A stretch of 64,000 bases of DNA, from the NCBI RefSeq assembly GCF_001403615.1, contig NZ_LN879456.1, positions 306,078 through 370,077 on the forward strand, in the 5' to 3' direction. Positions within the stretch are counted from its first letter, which is position 1. Each line of letters starts with the position of its first letter. A program made the position numbers and the translations under genes. Under the pieces are notes generated by a model. It was given only the letters and a program-made list of their open reading frames with translations. It made no database searches and was not told the origin of the DNA. This DNA is from Desnuesiella massiliensis. GTDB lineage: Bacteria; Bacillota; Clostridia; Clostridiales; Clostridiaceae. Of the stretch, positions 30,924 to 41,172 are shown piece by piece.

Positions 30924-33077
30924 CTAAGATTGAATATCTATTTTATCTTTAGATATATTCTTTATTATTTCATTTCTGATTTTTTCTACCTCTGGAGAAA
31001 GTTCCTTTACTTCATGAAGATTAAAATTCAATTTTTCACTTAATAGTAGCATAATTAAACTTTCAAAGGCATTAGGGATATTTCCACTGTCTTCTTTGTT
31101 GCCAGCAGTGATTACAGTTTTTGGAACAATATCCACCTTGGAGGTTTTAATAGCTTCTGCAAAGTTGTTCATTACATCTTGTATTATCTTATATTGAGAA
31201 CCACCATAGGCATTTACTTGTTCTTTGGCAGCAATGGCCTTTGATATACCTATTCTAGCTTCCTTATCTGCATCAGCTTCACCTATATTCTTAATTTTAA
31301 TAGCTTCAGCTTCACCAGTCTGTCTAAGCTTATAAGCCTCAGCTTCAGCTTGTTGTTTAGTTTGGAAAGCTAGAGCTTCAGCTGACATCCTGGTCCTATA
31401 AGCCTCAGCTTCTGATTGTTGTTTAATTTTGTAGGCATCTGCTTCAGATAACCTTTGGATTTTTTCAGCATCCTGTTTAGATTTCATAAGCTCAGCTTTA
31501 CCTTGATTTTCCTGGATTTTAATATTTATATCTGATTCTGTAAGTTTTGTTTGTTGTTTTGCTACTGCTTCAGCTTCCCTTAATTCCTTTTCTTTTTCAG
31601 CAGCAGTCTGTTGGGTAGCATAGGTTTCAAGCTGTTCTCTTGCTAATTGCCTTGATCTTAATTGGGTCAATATCTGCTCAATATTTGTATCTGCTTTTGA
31701 ACTGGCAGGAGTACCGATTAAAACTTCCTCCAACTCTAAATTATAATGATTAAACTTTGATTTCATTTCATTAGAGGATAGTATTTGAATTTCATTTCTT
31801 TGTTGAATTAATTCAATTAAGGTTTTAGTTTGACCAATATTTTTAAAGTAAGCAGAGACCATAGGATCTAGAGTTTGATCAACTAACATCTTAATATCAC
31901 CAAATCTTTGAATAACCATAGGCGCCTTTTTGTAATCTATATGAAATACCACTGATAGAGGAAGTGAAGGTTCAAAAGCATCTTTTGTAATTAAACTTAC
32001 TTCCTTAAGATTTTCATCGTACTTATGATTTCCAGTCTGATTACTGATCCATTTTAATATAACATTAGTAGTAGGCACTTGAATTATATTACCTGCATAG
32101 GTGTTAAAAGCATACTTTCCAGGCATTAAGGATTCACTCCATACTCCTCTAAAACCAGGCTTTACTAATTCGCCGTGCTTATAATCTTCTCCAGAAGAAT
32201 CTTCACCTTTAGAGCCTGTATAAGAAACTACTACTCCAACAAAACCCACAGGTATAACTATTTTCTTGATGAATTCTACTGTAGCAAATAACCTGTTTAT
32301 AAAGTAGGTTCCATCTGCAAGCACCTGATATTGTCTACCTCTATACCCACCAGCTAATAAAAATCTTTCGGGATCTTGGAAGTTATTATGATAATTATCA
32401 GAAGCAGGATCATCTCCTACCGTAGGACAAATAATATTGTCCTTACCTAAAGAAGGTCCATCATGGACAGTTACTATGCCTACTAAATCGCTAACACCTT
32501 CTATAATAACAGGCTCAAAACCTTTTCTTTCGGTGATAATTCTAGACATCTCAAGAATAGAATCCTGCTCAGATTTATTTCCCATAGGAAGATAATAGGT
32601 TTTGTTTTCAGTAATGATAACAAATTGAGCTAAGTTGAAGGCGTAGGTACCTTCACGTACAATACCTCTTTGTGGTCCCTTTTGCCCACCATTTGATAAA
32701 AAGGCTCTTACATTTTGGAAGTTATTACATTCATAAATGATTGTACCTAGAGTTTGAGTAGGCTCAAGAGGCATACCATCTCTAGCAAAAACATAGGCTA
32801 TTTTACCTTGAGGGATGGTTACAAGAGGTACTATATGCACTTTGTATAGTAAAGGAGTTAGAAAGTGTAATCCACCTCTAAGAACCTCAGGTTGATATCC
32901 TGCTTCCCCATTTAGAGCTATGATTTGTTCTTTTAAGGAGCCTTTACTGGACCACCATTTTTCAACTATGGCTACTTTGTCATTGGGAATTATTCTTATG
33001 CCTATAACCCAAAGAAGTAACACAAGAGCTATTAGAGTAACAACTACCCCAATAATGATTTGAACTGAAATTGTCAT
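30924..33077 (-). CDS. Flotillin-like SPFH/band-7 protein with a long C-terminal EA-rich coiled-coil repeat region.
   Basis: N-terminal TM plus SPFH domain. The repeats are QQ(A/S)EAEAY(K/R). Length is 717 aa. Confidence 0.8.
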   Translation of the reverse strand: MTISVQIIIGVVVTLIALVLLLWVIGIRIIPNDKVAIVEKWWSSKGSLKEQIIALNGEAGYQPEVLRGGLHFLTPLLYKVHIVPLVTIPQGKIAYVFARDGMPLEPTQTLGTIIYECNNFQNVRAFLSNGGQKGPQRGIVREGTYAFNLAQFVIITENKTYYLPMGNKSEQDSILEMSRIITERKGFEPVIIEGVSDLVGIVTVHDGPSLGKDNIICPTVGDDPASDNYHNNFQDPERFLLAGGYRGRQYQVLADGTYFINRLFATVEFIKKIVIPVGFVGVVVSYTGSKGEDSSGEDYKHGELVKPGFRGVWSESLMPGKYAFNTYAGNIIQVPTTNVILKWISNQTGNHKYDENLKEVSLITKDAFEPSLPLSVVFHIDYKKAPMVIQRFGDIKMLVDQTLDPMVSAYFKNIGQTKTLIELIQQRNEIQILSSNEMKSKFNHYNLELEEVLIGTPASSKADTNIEQILTQLRSRQLAREQLETYATQQTAAEKEKELREAEAVAKQQTKLTESDINIKIQENQGKAELMKSKQDAEKIQRLSEADAYKIKQQSEAEAYRTRMSAEALAFQTKQQAEAEAYKLRQTGEAEAIKIKNIGEADADKEARIGISKAIAAKEQVNAYGGSQYKIIQDVMNNFAEAIKTSKVDIVPKTVITAGNKEDSGNIPNAFESLIMLLLSEKLNFNLHEVKELSPEVEKIRNEIIKNISKDKIDIQS

Positions 33078-33385
33078 GATTTAAAACCCCCTTCATATAT
33101 TATGAATTAAATTATATTATGTGGTATTGTATAACGCAAATTCGGTTAAGAATAATTACATTTCAAATATTGTAATTTTATACTAGTATTGATATATTTT
33201 CATTAGAAAGCTATTATTATCTTGTCGTAGCTATATATATTAAAGACTTTAAAAATATATTAACGTATTATAAATATAAATAATTATTTTAATCATTTCA
33301 TTAATAAAAGGTATAATTAAGCTGTACATTTTTATTAATTTTACTATTTAAAATATAATATTTTACAGTGCTGGAGGTGAAAAGC

Positions 33386-34387
33386 ATGAATAGAAGAAAA
33401 AAAATAATTTTTTCTTTGTTACTAATTTTTTTATTCTCAATATCTTTTTTAGTATTTTATAAAATATTTATTAGGAAAGATAAGATAACTATGGTCACAA
33501 AAACAGAAAACAAAGAAGAGGATACTCTTGAAAGTATAGATAAGAAGGAACCCTTTACAGTAACAGACCAGATCACAGCCCCTGAAAAAAAGGAAGAGGA
33601 AAAAAAAGAAGAGGAAAAAAAGCAGAGTGAGGAACCTAAAAAAGAAGAAAAATCGGAGTTAAATAATACAGATATTAAAGCTATGGATACAAGAGAAAAG
33701 GATTGGTACTTTAAATTTAAGGGAGAAGGAAATTTGCCAGAGCCGCCAAAAGAAGCAAAATCTTATATATCAAACGGATTAGCTTACTTTACTGGGGGAG
33801 GGAATGAAAAAGTATTATATCTAACTTTTGATGAAGGCTACGAAAATGGATACACTTCTAAGATATTAGAAGTATTAAAACGAATGAATGTGAAAGCTAC
33901 TTTTTTTGTTACAAAGCCTTATATAAGTAGCAACAAGACCTTAGTACAAAATATAGTAAAAGAAGGACATCTGGTAGCAAATCATTCTGACACTCATCCC
34001 TCCATGGCATCGGTGGCCTTAACTGGTTATGAGAAGTTCTCTTTAGAATTAATTAATGTAGAAAAAGAGTTTAAAAATGTAACTGGTAAGGAAATAGCTA
34101 AATTTTTTAGACCACCTATGGGTAAGTACAGTGAATTATCTTTGTATTATGCAAAAAAGCTAGGTTATAAAAATATTTTTTGGAGCTTTGCTTATGGTGA
34201 TTATGATGTAAATAAACAACCAGAAAAAGTCTATGCAAAAAATCATATTTTAAAAAATACTCATAATGGTGCCATATTATTATTACATGCTATTTCTAAA
34301 ACCAATACAGAGATATTGGAAGAACTAATTACAGAATGGAGAAAAAGAGGATATGAATTTAAAACTTTAGACTATATTAAAGACTAA
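33386..34387 (+). CDS. Polysaccharide deacetylase (NodB-domain, PdaA-like) with an N-terminal TM helix and a K/E-rich linker.
   Basis: Motifs TFDEGY, HSDTHP and HAIS. The ATG at 33386 follows GGAGGTG. Confidence 0.75.
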   Translation: MNRRKKIIFSLLLIFLFSISFLVFYKIFIRKDKITMVTKTENKEEDTLESIDKKEPFTVTDQITAPEKKEEEKKEEEKKQSEEPKKEEKSELNNTDIKAMDTREKDWYFKFKGEGNLPEPPKEAKSYISNGLAYFTGGGNEKVLYLTFDEGYENGYTSKILEVLKRMNVKATFFVTKPYISSNKTLVQNIVKEGHLVANHSDTHPSMASVALTGYEKFSLELINVEKEFKNVTGKEIAKFFRPPMGKYSELSLYYAKKLGYKNIFWSFAYGDYDVNKQPEKVYAKNHILKNTHNGAILLLHAISKTNTEILEELITEWRKRGYEFKTLDYIKD

Positions 34388-34578
34388 GAAGTATGGTATA
34401 ATCTTTCCTAGCGGTTTTAAATTTTAGTTTGCTATGATAAATTATAATTAAAAACTAAATATTTATGTAGGAGGGAGACAACTTTGGGGTAGGAGCAAAG
34501 GATCGTAATTTTTATAAAACTTTAATTCATTTAGCTATTCCTATAGCATTTCAAAATTTAGTATCTTCATCTTTAAAT

Positions 34579-35835
34579 ATGGTAGATACTGTTATGATAG
34601 GGGCTCTAGGGGAAAGAGATATTGCTGCTTCAGGATTAGCTAATCAACTGTTTTTTTTATTTGTGCTTATTCTCTTTGGAATTAATAGTGGTTCTGGAAT
34701 TTTTATTGCACAATATTTTGGGAAAAAGGATATAAAAAACATTCATAGAGTTCAGGGAATTGGTCTCATAACAAGTTGTAGCATCGCTTTGATATTTACT
34801 TTAGGAGCAGTACTATTTCCGAAATCTATATTGTCAGCATTCTCTAAGGATAGTATGGTGGTAATTCAAGGAAGCAAATATTTAAGGATTGTGGGATTAA
34901 GTTATGTTATTAATGCTATATCTTTAAGCTATGCTTTCGCCTTGAGAAGTACAAGACAAGCTAAGATTCCAATGTTTATTAGTATAATTGCATTATTGAC
35001 TAACACAATTTTAAATTATCTTCTTATTTTCGGTAAGTTTGGATTTCCTTTTTTAGGCATAGAAGGGGCGGCTATTGCAACCCTTATTGCTAGAATTGTT
35101 GAATTTTTATGTATATTAGGTTATGTATATTCAACTAAGAACATCTTAGCAGCTCCCCTTAAGCAATTATTTGATTTATCAAAAGAATTTATTGCAAATT
35201 TCTTTAAAATAACTATACCTGTTATCCTAAATGAAGGATTTTGGGCTTTAGGCATGACCATGTACTCTATGGCTTATGCTAGGATAAGTACAGAAGCTAT
35301 TGCTACAGTTCAAATTTCTAATACGGTTCAGAACATTTTTATGGTAATGAATATGGGAATATCTAATGCTTGTGCAGTAATGATAGGAAATAAAATTGGA
35401 GAGGGCAAACAGCACAGAGCTATAGAGTATTCTAAAAAGTTTTCATATATAGTACCAATATTGGGGGCAGTTATGGGATTACTTTTAATAATTGCTTCTC
35501 CTTTAATACTGAAAGCCTTTAGTGTCAGAGCGGAAACCTATAGTGACGCTATTAAAGTATTAAGAATTATAGGAATAATCATGCCTATCAAAGCCTTTAA
35601 TGCATTATTAGTAGTTGGAATATTAAGATCTGGGGGAGATACTAAATTCTCACTATTTTTAGAAACGGGTACAGTATGGCTTGTAGGGGTTCCTTTGGCT
35701 TTTCTAGGGGCTTTATTGTTAAAGTGGCCTGTTTATATGGTGGTATCCTTGGTAATGCTAGAGGAAGTAGTAAAAGTTTTTATAGGAATATGGAGAGTAA
35801 AATCAAAAAAGTGGATTAGAAGTGTAGTGCAATAA
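34579..35835 (+). CDS. MATE-family efflux transporter. The annotated ATG start is probably too far downstream (see findings).
   Basis: Twelve-TM-type hydrophobic profile. The frame is open upstream to 34471 and encodes a conserved-looking first helix (LIHLAIPIAFQNLVSSSL). Confidence 0.7.
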   Translation: MVDTVMIGALGERDIAASGLANQLFFLFVLILFGINSGSGIFIAQYFGKKDIKNIHRVQGIGLITSCSIALIFTLGAVLFPKSILSAFSKDSMVVIQGSKYLRIVGLSYVINAISLSYAFALRSTRQAKIPMFISIIALLTNTILNYLLIFGKFGFPFLGIEGAAIATLIARIVEFLCILGYVYSTKNILAAPLKQLFDLSKEFIANFFKITIPVILNEGFWALGMTMYSMAYARISTEAIATVQISNTVQNIFMVMNMGISNACAVMIGNKIGEGKQHRAIEYSKKFSYIVPILGAVMGLLLIIASPLILKAFSVRAETYSDAIKVLRIIGIIMPIKAFNALLVVGILRSGGDTKFSLFLETGTVWLVGVPLAFLGALLLKWPVYMVVSLVMLEEVVKVFIGIWRVKSKKWIRSVVQ

Positions 35836-35902
35836 AAATGTACTTCGGCTTAAGAAGTTTTTCTTTGAAAAAAGAGTTTCTTCTTAAGCTAAAGTACATC
35901 TT

Positions 35903-36517
35903 TTACTTTTTGGAAATCATATTACTAAAGTACTGCTTTGGGATGTATCCTTTTTTTATTCCTTCTGTAACAATTAAATAAGTAGCTGTGGTGTCAAATC
36001 TAGCATCATGGTAATCTCCACTGCCGCTAAAAAATTTCTTGCTGGCAGCATCAATAACATTTTTATCAATAGCTAAAAATTTTATAACCTCTTCCAATCT
36101 AGGATTTTTATATTCTCCGCGACCATTTAAAAACTTACAAATATTTTTATAATAGCTCATAGTACAAAATTGATTCTTAGGGATAAATTCTTCCCCAATT
36201 CCTTCTAACTCATGCTTTAGGAATTTAATATCAAAGCTTACATTATGACCTATAACAACATCTGCGGTAAAGAAATCTTCTAGAAATTCCTCAACCTGAT
36301 CTTCAAAATACAATCCATTACTGATTTCATATAGTTTTTCTAAAGAAAATCCATGAACTTCTTCAGCACTAGGCTCCATTTCATCTACTGTAAAGAAAAA
36401 ATTTTTTCCCATGGTGCTATTAGGTTTCACGCTTGTATCCACTATTATATAGCTTAGTTGACAAATACTACCTGGTTTTATGCCCGTAGTTTCGGTATCA
36501 AAAAAAACAAGTTTCAT
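35903..36517 (-). CDS. DnaQ-like 3'-5' exonuclease (DEDDh).
   Basis: FFDTETTG Exo I motif, and HDARFD for Exo III. Confidence 0.75.
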   Translation of the reverse strand: MKLVFFDTETTGIKPGSICQLSYIIVDTSVKPNSTMGKNFFFTVDEMEPSAEEVHGFSLEKLYEISNGLYFEDQVEEFLEDFFTADVVIGHNVSFDIKFLKHELEGIGEEFIPKNQFCTMSYYKNICKFLNGRGEYKNPRLEEVIKFLAIDKNVIDAASKKFFSGSGDYHDARFDTTATYLIVTEGIKKGYIPKQYFSNMISKK

Positions 36518-36666
36518 CTATTTTCCTCCTATGATTAGTACATACTAATATAATAATATAAATGCATAAAGAAATTCAAATAAATTTTTTGAAGATGACT
36601 AAAGTGCCCTACGGGCATATAGGCGCAATAATAATGCTTATACCTAAATGACTGTAGAGCACTTTG

Positions 36667-37566
36667 TTACTTAAGGTTACTAAAAATTAAATTTAATAAA
36701 TCTAAAGCAATTTCTAATGTCTTATTATTTTTATCAATTAAGGGGTTAAATTCCACAAAATCCATAGATCTTATAAGTCCGGAATTTAACAATATTTCTA
36801 ATATAGCCTTTACTTCATCCAAATCCATACCTTCCTGCACAGGAGTTCCAGTACCAGGCACTAGATTTGCATCTAAAGAATCTATATCGAAGCTTAAATG
36901 AACATTTTTTATGCCATCCATATTTAATTTATGCAATACTTTGTTTAATATAGAATGAACACCTTGATTTTTTACATCTTCAGTTGTCCATACGTTTAAA
37001 TGAAACTCTCTAATAATATCTTGTTCTCCTTCATCAAGGTCTCTAGCTCCTATTATATATACATTTTCAGGATTTATCTTCCTACCTTGATAATAAAGAT
37101 CTGTAAGAACTTCATGACCCAATCCCATAGCAGCAGCTAAAGGCATACCATGAACATTTCCAGTAGGAGAGGTTTCATGGGTATTTATATCGCCGTGAGC
37201 ATCAATCCATATAACGGCTAGATTGTCTAAAAATTTACTAGCTCCAGAAATGCTTCCTAAACCTAATGAGTGATCACCACCAATTACGAAGGGGAAATTT
37301 CCACATTCTAGAGAACTATAAACCTGATGAGCTAAATTTTTGTTTACTTCTACAATAGGTGATAAATATTTCATCTTTTCATGGGAAGAATATTTATCTT
37401 TAGTTTCAGTTTTAGGCACATATAAGTTACCTAAATCAAAAGCTCTGTGATTATACTTTTGTACTAAACTTATTAAATTGTTTTCTCTTAGGGTATTTGG
37501 ACCGAATTGAACACCTTCTTTATCACAACCAAAGAAAAGTGGAACGCCAATTAGATTTATATTCAT
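36667..37566 (-). CDS. rocF: Arginase (ureohydrolase family).
   Basis: Motifs GGDHSLG, DAHGDINT and SFDIDSLD. The ATG at 37566 has GGAGG 8 nt upstream. The track start at 37581 is a TTG inside the RBS. Confidence 0.85.
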   Translation of the reverse strand: MNINLIGVPLFFGCDKEGVQFGPNTLRENNLISLVQKYNHRAFDLGNLYVPKTETKDKYSSHEKMKYLSPIVEVNKNLAHQVYSSLECGNFPFVIGGDHSLGLGSISGASKFLDNLAVIWIDAHGDINTHETSPTGNVHGMPLAAAMGLGHEVLTDLYYQGRKINPENVYIIGARDLDEGEQDIIREFHLNVWTTEDVKNQGVHSILNKVLHKLNMDGIKNVHLSFDIDSLDANLVPGTGTPVQEGMDLDEVKAILEILLNSGLIRSMDFVEFNPLIDKNNKTLEIALDLLNLIFSNLK

Positions 37567-37876
37567 GGGAAGCACCTCCAATACTAAAGATTACAATTCT
37601 ATAGCTACTATTTAAAAAGCTTATTCATAGAAATTGATATCTATTTTTTATTTTGCACAATAAATAATTATATATTAATTATAAAAAAATATAAGAGGTT
37701 TATGAAAATATGTATAATTAAAAATATTCTGAAAATACTCTATATAATATTATGTTGTATCTATTTAAGAATTTTATTTATAAAAATGATAAAAATATAT
37801 GAATAATAAATTAATATAATAATAAATAATAAAAAATATTATGATTTTACAAATTGAAATAATTACAATAAATTTA

Positions 37877-37893
37877 TTGATAATTATTATCAA
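37877..37893 (+). promoter_or_regulatory. Perfect palindrome TTGATAATTATTATCAA, a candidate Rex-type operator about 55 bp upstream of ldh.
   Basis: It has the TTG-N11-CAA architecture of Rex boxes (TTGTGAA-N4-TTCACAA). ldh is a classical Rex-regulon member. Confidence 0.35.
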
Positions 37894-37948
37894 ATGAAAT
37901 AAAATATTATTATAATGATGCAAAATTTAATGCTTGGAGGTTAACATA

Positions 37949-38893
37949 ATGGATAAAAGAACTAAAATTTCTATAATAGGGGCAGGATTCGTAGGCTCTA
38001 CTACTGCTTATGCCTTAATGCTAGAGGGATTGGCTTCTGAAATAGTTATAGTAGATATTAATAAAGATAAAGCAATGGCAGAAGCTATGGACCTTTCTCA
38101 TGGAGCTGCCTTTGTAAAACCTGTAAATATTATATCTGGCGAATATGAAGATACAAAAGATTCAGATATAGTTATTATCACTGCAGGTATTGGACCAAAA
38201 CCAGGAGAAACAAGGCTTGATATTATAAACAAAAATATTAGTATTTTTAAAACCATGATTCCACAGATAGTTAAATATAACCCTAATGCCATTCTTTTAG
38301 TAGTATCAAATCCAGTAGACGTATTAACCTATATAACTTATAAGCTGTCAGGCTTTCCAAGTTCAAGGGTTATAGGTTCAGGAACTGTACTAGATACTTC
38401 TAGATTTAGATATATGCTAAGCGAACATTTTAACATAGATGCTAGGAATATTCATACTTATATAATAGGAGAACATGGAGATTCTGAGATTGCTGCTTGG
38501 AGTTTAACTAATATTGCTGGCATGTCTGCGGATGAATATTGTTTAAAGATGTGTGCAAATTGTGATAGTAGTTTTAAAAATTCTATCCCAGAAGCAGTAA
38601 AAAATGCAGCTTATGAAATATTAAATAGAAAAGGATATACTAATTATGCTGTAGCCTTAGCAGTAAGAAGAATTGTGGAGGCTATTTTGAGAGATGAAAA
38701 TGCTATTTTAACCATATCTAGTCTTTTTACAGGCCAATATGGTATAGACGATGTATATTTGGGAATTCCAACAGTAGTAGGAAAAGCAGGAGCTAAAAAT
38801 ATATTAGAAGTTAGTTTAAATGAGGAAGAATCAAGTAAATTGCATGAGTCTGCTGGTATACTTAAAGAATATATTTTAAAATCTGATATTTAG
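37949..38893 (+). CDS. ldh: L-lactate dehydrogenase.
   Basis: [12 protein letters not shown] Rossmann motif, and GEHGDS. The ATG at 37949 follows GGAGG. Confidence 0.9.
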   Translation: MDKRTKISIIGAGFVGSTTAYALMLEGLASEIVIVDINKDKAMAEAMDLSHGAAFVKPVNIISGEYEDTKDSDIVIITAGIGPKPGETRLDIINKNISIFKTMIPQIVKYNPNAILLVVSNPVDVLTYITYKLSGFPSSRVIGSGTVLDTSRFRYMLSEHFNIDARNIHTYIIGEHGDSEIAAWSLTNIAGMSADEYCLKMCANCDSSFKNSIPEAVKNAAYEILNRKGYTNYAVALAVRRIVEAILRDENAILTISSLFTGQYGIDDVYLGIPTVVGKAGAKNILEVSLNEEESSKLHESAGILKEYILKSDI

Positions 38894-38929
38894 TATTGAC
38901 AGTTATCATAAGCTGATATATAATCATAA

Positions 38930-39220
38930 AAAACAATAAGTTACAAACAGTGATAGGAAGAGTACTTATATGAAGTAGTTTCAGCGAGTAGGTGAGGGTG
39001 AAAGGCCTATACGAAGCTTATAAGGAAGAACAGCCTGGAGTTTCCAAACGAACTCATTATTGATAGTAGTCTTGGACGGAGCCTTACCGTTAAAACTAGG
39101 ACAGTATATAGTGTTTTTTCTGTACTGATTTAAGAGAACTTATTTTTAAGTTAATTTAGGTGGCACCGCGGAAGTATAGCCTTTCGTCCTATTCATAGGA
39201 TGAAGGGCTTTTTTTATTTT
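38930..39220 (+). promoter_or_regulatory. T-box riboswitch leader with specifier codon AAC (Asn) at 39029-39031. The T-box sequence is aatttaggtggcaccgcgg (39154-39172) and the terminator is 39178-39217. It follows a consensus promoter TTGACA-17-TATAAT (38896-38924).
   Basis: Conserved T-box sequence, a stem I with an AGAGT-type motif, and a terminator with a T-run. The specifier was assigned by alignment with the second T-box in the window. Confidence 0.75.
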
Positions 39221-39295
39221 TAAAATTTATTAAAAAAATGACTATGGTTTGGCCAAATTGATAGTCCATTTATGCAGAAAAAGGAGAGATATAAA

Positions 39296-40312
39296 ATGCA
39301 AAAATTGGACTTAATAATACCACAAGATTACAAAACTATATTAGATCTTAAGGAAACAGAGATTGCAATCAAGAAAGTAAAAGATTTTTTCGAAAAAGCA
39401 TTAGCTAAGTCTCTAAGCTTGACAAGAGTGTCAGCACCTTTATTTGTAAAAGGTGAAACAGGATTAAACGATAACCTAAATGGTGTTGAAAGGCCAGTAG
39501 ATTTTAGTATTAAAGCCTTAGAGGAAGAAAAGGCAGAGATAGTACATTCTTTAGCTAAGTGGAAGAGAATGGCTCTTCATAGATATGCCTTCATACCAGG
39601 AGAAGGACTATATACTGATATGAATGCTATAAGAAGAGATGAAGATTTGGATAATATTCATTCTATTTATGTAGATCAATGGGATTGGGAAAAAGTGATC
39701 ATAAAAGAACAAAGGAATATTGAGTTCCTAAAGGAGATTGTCACTGAAATATTTAAGGTGTTTAAATCTACGGAAGACTATATTTCTAAGGAATATTCTT
39801 TAATAGATAAAATTCTTCCAGAAGAGATATTTTTTATAACCTCGCAAGAATTAGAGGATTTATATCCATCACTGTGCCCAAAAGAAAGAGAAGATGCTAT
39901 TTGCAAAGAAAAAGGAGCTGTTTTTCTAATGCAAATAGGAGGAGAACTAAGATCTGGAGAGAAGCATGATGGGCGTTCTCCTGACTATGATGATTGGACA
40001 TTAAATGGGGACTTATTGCTTTGGTATCCTGTATTAGATAGAGCTCTTGAACTATCCTCCATGGGAATTAGGGTAGATAAGAAGGCTTTAGAAAAACAAT
40101 TAGCTGTAAGTGAGTGCATTGAAAGGAAAGAATTGCCCTTTCATAAAATGCTTTTAAGTGAAGAACTGCCTTTTACCATCGGAGGTGGTATAGGACAATC
40201 AAGAATTTGTATGTACTTTTTAAGGAAAGCGCATATTGGAGAGGTTCAAGCTTCCATATGGCCTGAAAAAATGATAGATATTTGTGAGAACAATGGAATA
40301 GCCTTATTATAG
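39296..40312 (+). CDS. asnA: Aspartate--ammonia ligase (asparagine synthetase A).
   Basis: [18 protein letters not shown] and other AsnA blocks. The ATG at 39296 follows AAGGAGAG. Confidence 0.85.
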   Translation: MQKLDLIIPQDYKTILDLKETEIAIKKVKDFFEKALAKSLSLTRVSAPLFVKGETGLNDNLNGVERPVDFSIKALEEEKAEIVHSLAKWKRMALHRYAFIPGEGLYTDMNAIRRDEDLDNIHSIYVDQWDWEKVIIKEQRNIEFLKEIVTEIFKVFKSTEDYISKEYSLIDKILPEEIFFITSQELEDLYPSLCPKEREDAICKEKGAVFLMQIGGELRSGEKHDGRSPDYDDWTLNGDLLLWYPVLDRALELSSMGIRVDKKALEKQLAVSECIERKELPFHKMLLSEELPFTIGGGIGQSRICMYFLRKAHIGEVQASIWPEKMIDICENNGIALL

Positions 40313-40341
40313 GAAGTATCATATTATGAGGGGGAAAAATC

Positions 40342-41148
40342 ATGGTTGATGAAGTAAGAGAGTATTATGACAGTATGGCTGAGGTGGAGTGGGATAGATT
40401 AAATAATCCTTATTCTACAATAGAGTTTAGAAGTACTTTGTATTTAATGGATAAATATTTTCCTAAGGAGGGTTCTATTCTTGACATTGGCTCAGGTCCA
40501 GGAAGATATTCTTTAGAATTAATAAAAAGAGGTTTTGACACACACCTATTAGATATTTCTATTAAGGAGCTTGAAATAGCAAAGACAAAAATAGAGGAAG
40601 CAGGGTTAAAGGCTGGGAACTATTATTGTAGAAGTGCCTTAGAATTAGAGATTTTTGAAGACGAAACTTATGATGGAATTTTAATAATGGGACCTTTATA
40701 CCATTTGCACCATAGAGAAGATAGGCTGAGGGTTATAAAAGATGTTTATAGAATACTAAAAAAAGGTGGAATTGCTTTGTTCTCATATATTAACACTTGG
40801 GGATGCTTAAGAGCAGGAGTTAGTGAGTTTCCAGAGGTCTTTGAAGATTTAGAGCATTTTGAAAGATATATAAAAGGTGATTTAAAGTTTTCACCAGAAG
40901 AAAGCTTCACAGCTACTTACTTTACCACTCCAAAGTTAGCTATGAATGAGATAGAGGATGGCGGATTCAATATTATATCTTATGCAGGAGCAGAGGGTTT
41001 TTTAAGCGGTATGGGTAAACAATTATCAGATTTATCTATCTCCCTGCCAGGGATTTATGATAATTTTGTTCAAAAGGCTGTGGAATATTGCGAACTTCCT
41101 CAGTATAGAGATGCTACGGAGCATGTTCACTTTATAGTTAAAAAATAA
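40342..41148 (+). CDS. Class I SAM-dependent methyltransferase.
   Basis: Motif I LDIGSGPGRYS. Confidence 0.7.
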   Translation: MVDEVREYYDSMAEVEWDRLNNPYSTIEFRSTLYLMDKYFPKEGSILDIGSGPGRYSLELIKRGFDTHLLDISIKELEIAKTKIEEAGLKAGNYYCRSALELEIFEDETYDGILIMGPLYHLHHREDRLRVIKDVYRILKKGGIALFSYINTWGCLRAGVSEFPEVFEDLEHFERYIKGDLKFSPEESFTATYFTTPKLAMNEIEDGGFNIISYAGAEGFLSGMGKQLSDLSISLPGIYDNFVQKAVEYCELPQYRDATEHVHFIVKK

Positions 41149-41172
41149 AAAGCGACTTCTGTCGCTTTTTTC
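41148..41172. terminator. Bidirectional hairpin aaagcgac-ttct-gtcgcttt with flanking A/T runs.
   Basis: It lies between the convergent methyltransferase and birA genes. Confidence 0.6.

Noticed and set aside
37582-37948. A possible CRISPR or tandem-repeat array in the AT-rich ldh/arginase intergenic region.
   Set aside because: It contains only short irregular AATAAT-type reiterations. There are no regularly spaced direct repeats of 24-40 bp and no cas genes anywhere in the window.
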